Virus record (IMG/VR): IMGVR_UViG_3300032242_000488 | Span: 32,001 to 96,000 of that record | Reading direction: 5' to 3' (one strand) | DNA: 64,000 nt | DNA from: a virus | Part shown: one piece after another, positions 61,418-64,000 of the stretch | How the letters are laid out: each line of letters opens with the position of its first letter | Position numbering within the stretch: position 1 is the first letter of the stretch | Program-made: the position numbers and the translations under genes | Notes under the pieces: model-generated | Seen by the model: only the letters and a program-made list of their open reading frames with translations | What the model was told of the DNA's origin: nothing | Databases searched by the model: none

Positions 61418-64000
61418 ATGAGTTATGTAGATGCTCTCTTTGACAGAGAGAATGACACCATTAAAGTCGTAGAACGAAACGACAAAGGCGAACGGGTCTA
61501 TAAAGAACACCCTGTACGCTACACATTTTACTACCCGGATCAAAGAGGCAAGTTTACTTCAATCTATGGAGATCCGCTTACTAAGGTAGTATGCAAGAAC
61601 ACTAAAGACTTCCGCAAAGAAGTTTCTATTGCTTCAAATAAAGAATTGTACGAAAGCGATATTAATCCAATCTTTGTACACTTATCCGAAAACTATTTAA
61701 ATCAAGACGCACCTAAATTAAACATCTGCTTCTTCGACATCGAGGTAGACTTTGATCCAGAGCGTGGCTATAGCACTCCAGAAGATGCGTTCATGCCAAT
61801 CACTGCGATTACTGTTTACCTAAAATGGCTTGGCAAGTTAATCACTCTAGCAATGCCACCTAAAGGCATGAAGATGGATGATGCTGTTAAACTAGTGTCC
61901 GATATTCCGGATGTACACTTGTTTGACAACGAAGGCGACATGCTAGAAACATTCCTCGATCTTATCGATGATGCAGATATTATAAGTGGTTGGAACAGTG
62001 AAGGCTATGACGTACCATATACTGTTAATCGTGTAACCCGTGTACTCAGCAAAGAAGATACCAAGCGTTTCTGTTTATGGGGACAACTACCAAAGAAAAG
62101 AGAGTACGAAAAATATGGGAAACAAGCTGTTACCTATGACTTTCATGGTCGCGTTCATTTGGACAGTCTCGAGCTGTACCGCAAATACACATATGAAGAA
62201 CGTCACACATACCGATTGGACGCTATCGGAGAAATGGAAGTAGGCGAGAACAAGACTGTCTACGAAGGCACATTGGATCAACTGTATAACAATGACTTCC
62301 ACAAGTTTATTGTTTATAACAGACAAGATACGTTGTTGCTGAACAAATTAGATGACAAGCTAAAGTTTATTGATCTTGCCAATACCCTAGCACATGAATG
62401 TACTGTACTACTACAGACTACTATGGGTGCTGTTGCTGTAACAGAGCAGGCTATTATTAACGAATGTCATCGCCGCGGATTCCAAGTTCCTAATAGACAA
62501 AAACGTGATGAAGATGCAGATAACAGTGCCGCTGGTGCTTATGTTGCTTATCCTAAAGAAGGCATTCACGAATGGATTGGCTCACTAGATATTAACAGTC
62601 TTTATCCTTCAGCTATTCGTGCGCTTAACATGGGCCCAGAAACTATTGTTGGACAGTTACGCCAGACCATGACAGATAACTTTATCCACGAACAAATGAC
62701 ACTTAAGAAAAAGTCATTTGCCGCGGCATGGGAAGGTATGTTTGGATCATTAGAATATACTGCTGTTATGGAACAGCGTATTGACAAAACGATTACGATT
62801 GACTGGGAAGATGGCAATAGTACAGAACACTCTGCCGCTGAAGTATACCAGTTAATCTTTGACAGCAATCAACCTTGGATGCTAAGTGCCAATGGTACAA
62901 TCTTTACCTACGAAAAAGAAGGTATTATCCCAGGACTTCTCAAGCGTTGGTATGCTGAACGTAAAGAAATGCAAGCCAAACTCAAAGACTGTATCAAAGC
63001 AGAAAACAAAGTTGAAGAAGAATACTGGGATAAACGTCAACTGGTTAAGAAGATTAACCTAAATAGTCTATATGGTGCTATCCTTAACGCAGGTTGTCGC
63101 TTCTTTGACAAGCGTATTGGACAGTCAACTACCTTAACAGGACGACAGATTGTTAAGCACATGGCTGGTAAAGTAAACGAGATTATTACAGGTGAGTTTG
63201 ATTATCGCGGTAAAGCTATCATCTATGGCGATACTGACTCATGTTACTTCTCTGGGTACACTACACTAAAGAAAGATATTGATAGTGGTGTTATTCCGTG
63301 GACTAAAGAAAACGTTATTGCTCTATACGATCAAGTCGGCGATGAAGTTAATAAAACATTCCCTAGCTTTATGGAACATGCATTTCATTGTCCACCAAGC
63401 CGCGGCGAAGTTATTAAAGCAGGTCGTGAGATCGTTGCTATTAAAGGGTTATTCATTACTAAGAAGCGTTATGCTGTTCTTTACTTTGATAAAGAAGGCA
63501 AACGTACAGACGTGGATGGAAAGCCTGGCAAGATCAAAGCTATGGGTTTAGACCTTAAGCGTAGTGACACACCAGAATTTATTCAAAACTTTTTAAGTGA
63601 TATTCTAGAACGTGTACTAACTGCTGGCTCGGAAACTGAAGTATTAGAACACATTACCAAGTTCCGTACTGAGTTTAAGGCTAGACCCGGTTGGGAGAAA
63701 GGTAGTCCAAAACGTGCTAATAACATTACAGACTATCAAGCCAAAGAAGCCAAAGCAGGCAAAGCTAACATGCCCGGACATGTTCGAGCCAGCATTAACT
63801 GGAATACTCTACGCCGTATGAATGGCGACAAGTATTCTATGCAGATTACAGATGGACAAAAAGTTATTGTCTGTAAACTCAAGCCAAACCCAATTGGCTT
63901 TACATCAGTTGCGTATCCTGTAGACGAACTACGTTTGCCTAAATGGTTTATGGAATTACCATTTGATGACGCAGAGATGGAACAGACTATTATTGATAAC
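61418..64000 (+). CDS. Family B DNA polymerase (T4 gp43-like), truncated by the window end; not in the ORF track
   Basis: Read from ATG 61418: ExoI FFDIEVD, ExoII SGWNSEGYD, ExoIII YNRQD, motif A SLDINSLYPS, motif B KINLNSLYG, motif C IYGDTDS, KKRYA. Confidence 0.95.
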   Translation, partial: MSYVDALFDRENDTIKVVERNDKGERVYKEHPVRYTFYYPDQRGKFTSIYGDPLTKVVCKNTKDFRKEVSIASNKELYESDINPIFVHLSENYLNQDAPKLNICFFDIEVDFDPERGYSTPEDAFMPITAITVYLKWLGKLITLAMPPKGMKMDDAVKLVSDIPDVHLFDNEGDMLETFLDLIDDADIISGWNSEGYDVPYTVNRVTRVLSKEDTKRFCLWGQLPKKREYEKYGKQAVTYDFHGRVHLDSLELYRKYTYEERHTYRLDAIGEMEVGENKTVYEGTLDQLYNNDFHKFIVYNRQDTLLLNKLDDKLKFIDLANTLAHECTVLLQTTMGAVAVTEQAIINECHRRGFQVPNRQKRDEDADNSAAGAYVAYPKEGIHEWIGSLDINSLYPSAIRALNMGPETIVGQLRQTMTDNFIHEQMTLKKKSFAAAWEGMFGSLEYTAVMEQRIDKTITIDWEDGNSTEHSAAEVYQLIFDSNQPWMLSANGTIFTYEKEGIIPGLLKRWYAERKEMQAKLKDCIKAENKVEEEYWDKRQLVKKINLNSLYGAILNAGCRFFDKRIGQSTTLTGRQIVKHMAGKVNEIITGEFDYRGKAIIYGDTDSCYFSGYTTLKKDIDSGVIPWTKENVIALYDQVGDEVNKTFPSFMEHAFHCPPSRGEVIKAGREIVAIKGLFITKKRYAVLYFDKEGKRTDVDGKPGKIKAMGLDLKRSDTPEFIQNFLSDILERVLTAGSETEVLEHITKFRTEFKARPGWEKGSPKRANNITDYQAKEAKAGKANMPGHVRASINWNTLRRMNGDKYSMQITDGQKVIVCKLKPNPIGFTSVAYPVDELRLPKWFMELPFDDAEMEQTIIDN

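Noticed and set aside
1-64000. CRISPR array, rRNA/tRNA genes, transposase, integrase, intron or intein
   Set aside because: No regularly spaced repeats or recognisable genes of these kinds were found by eye. PolB, ClpA and the clamp loader appear uninterrupted.
1-64000. Stop-codon reassignment, as in some jumbo phages
   Set aside because: Genes of 10-14 kb are open in code 11, known proteins are full length, and TAA, TGA and TAG all terminate genes.

Overview
This is a 64 kb segment of a large, AT-rich lytic dsDNA phage (T4-like myovirus or jumbo phage) that uses the standard genetic code. The host is probably a Gram-negative proteobacterium, based on spanins, an FdxA-type ferredoxin, ClpA and a delta-9 desaturase. 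Layout: (1) 1.7-37.2 kb is a tail/baseplate block with two paralogous giant fibre proteins (about 3577 and 4701 aa), each ending in an intramolecular-chaperone domain, interrupted by queD and uvsE. (2) 37.4-42.5 kb holds a stand-alone DnaE fragment, GroES, a MazG-like pyrophosphatase, an RFC-type clamp loader, ferredoxin, an APS-kinase/HIGH-nucleotidyltransferase fusion and PhoH. (3) 44-46.9 kb is a lysis cassette with a GH19 endolysin, spanins and several membrane proteins, one with an FG-repeat tail. (4) DnaJ and ClpA follow. (5) 50.8-60.7 kb is a late-expressed cluster whose proteins mostly start with a T4 capsid-targeting-like peptide (M-K/R-x-x-E/Q-L/F/I-...-E). It includes three adjacent nucleotidyl-transfer enzymes and several modular 'polyproteins', plus Dps, a desaturase and an unclassified structured RNA. 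(6) A DsbA-like protein and a family-B DNA polymerase run off the right edge. Two promoter classes are visible: near-consensus sigma70 promoters, often embedded in hairpins, and a T4-late-like NNTAAATA box. Candidate regulatory RNAs precede queD (preQ1-I-like), phoH and polB. The best candidate for an undescribed system is the virion-packaged enzyme/peptide cargo cluster at 50.8-60.7 kb. All family assignments come from motif recognition by eye; no searches were run.
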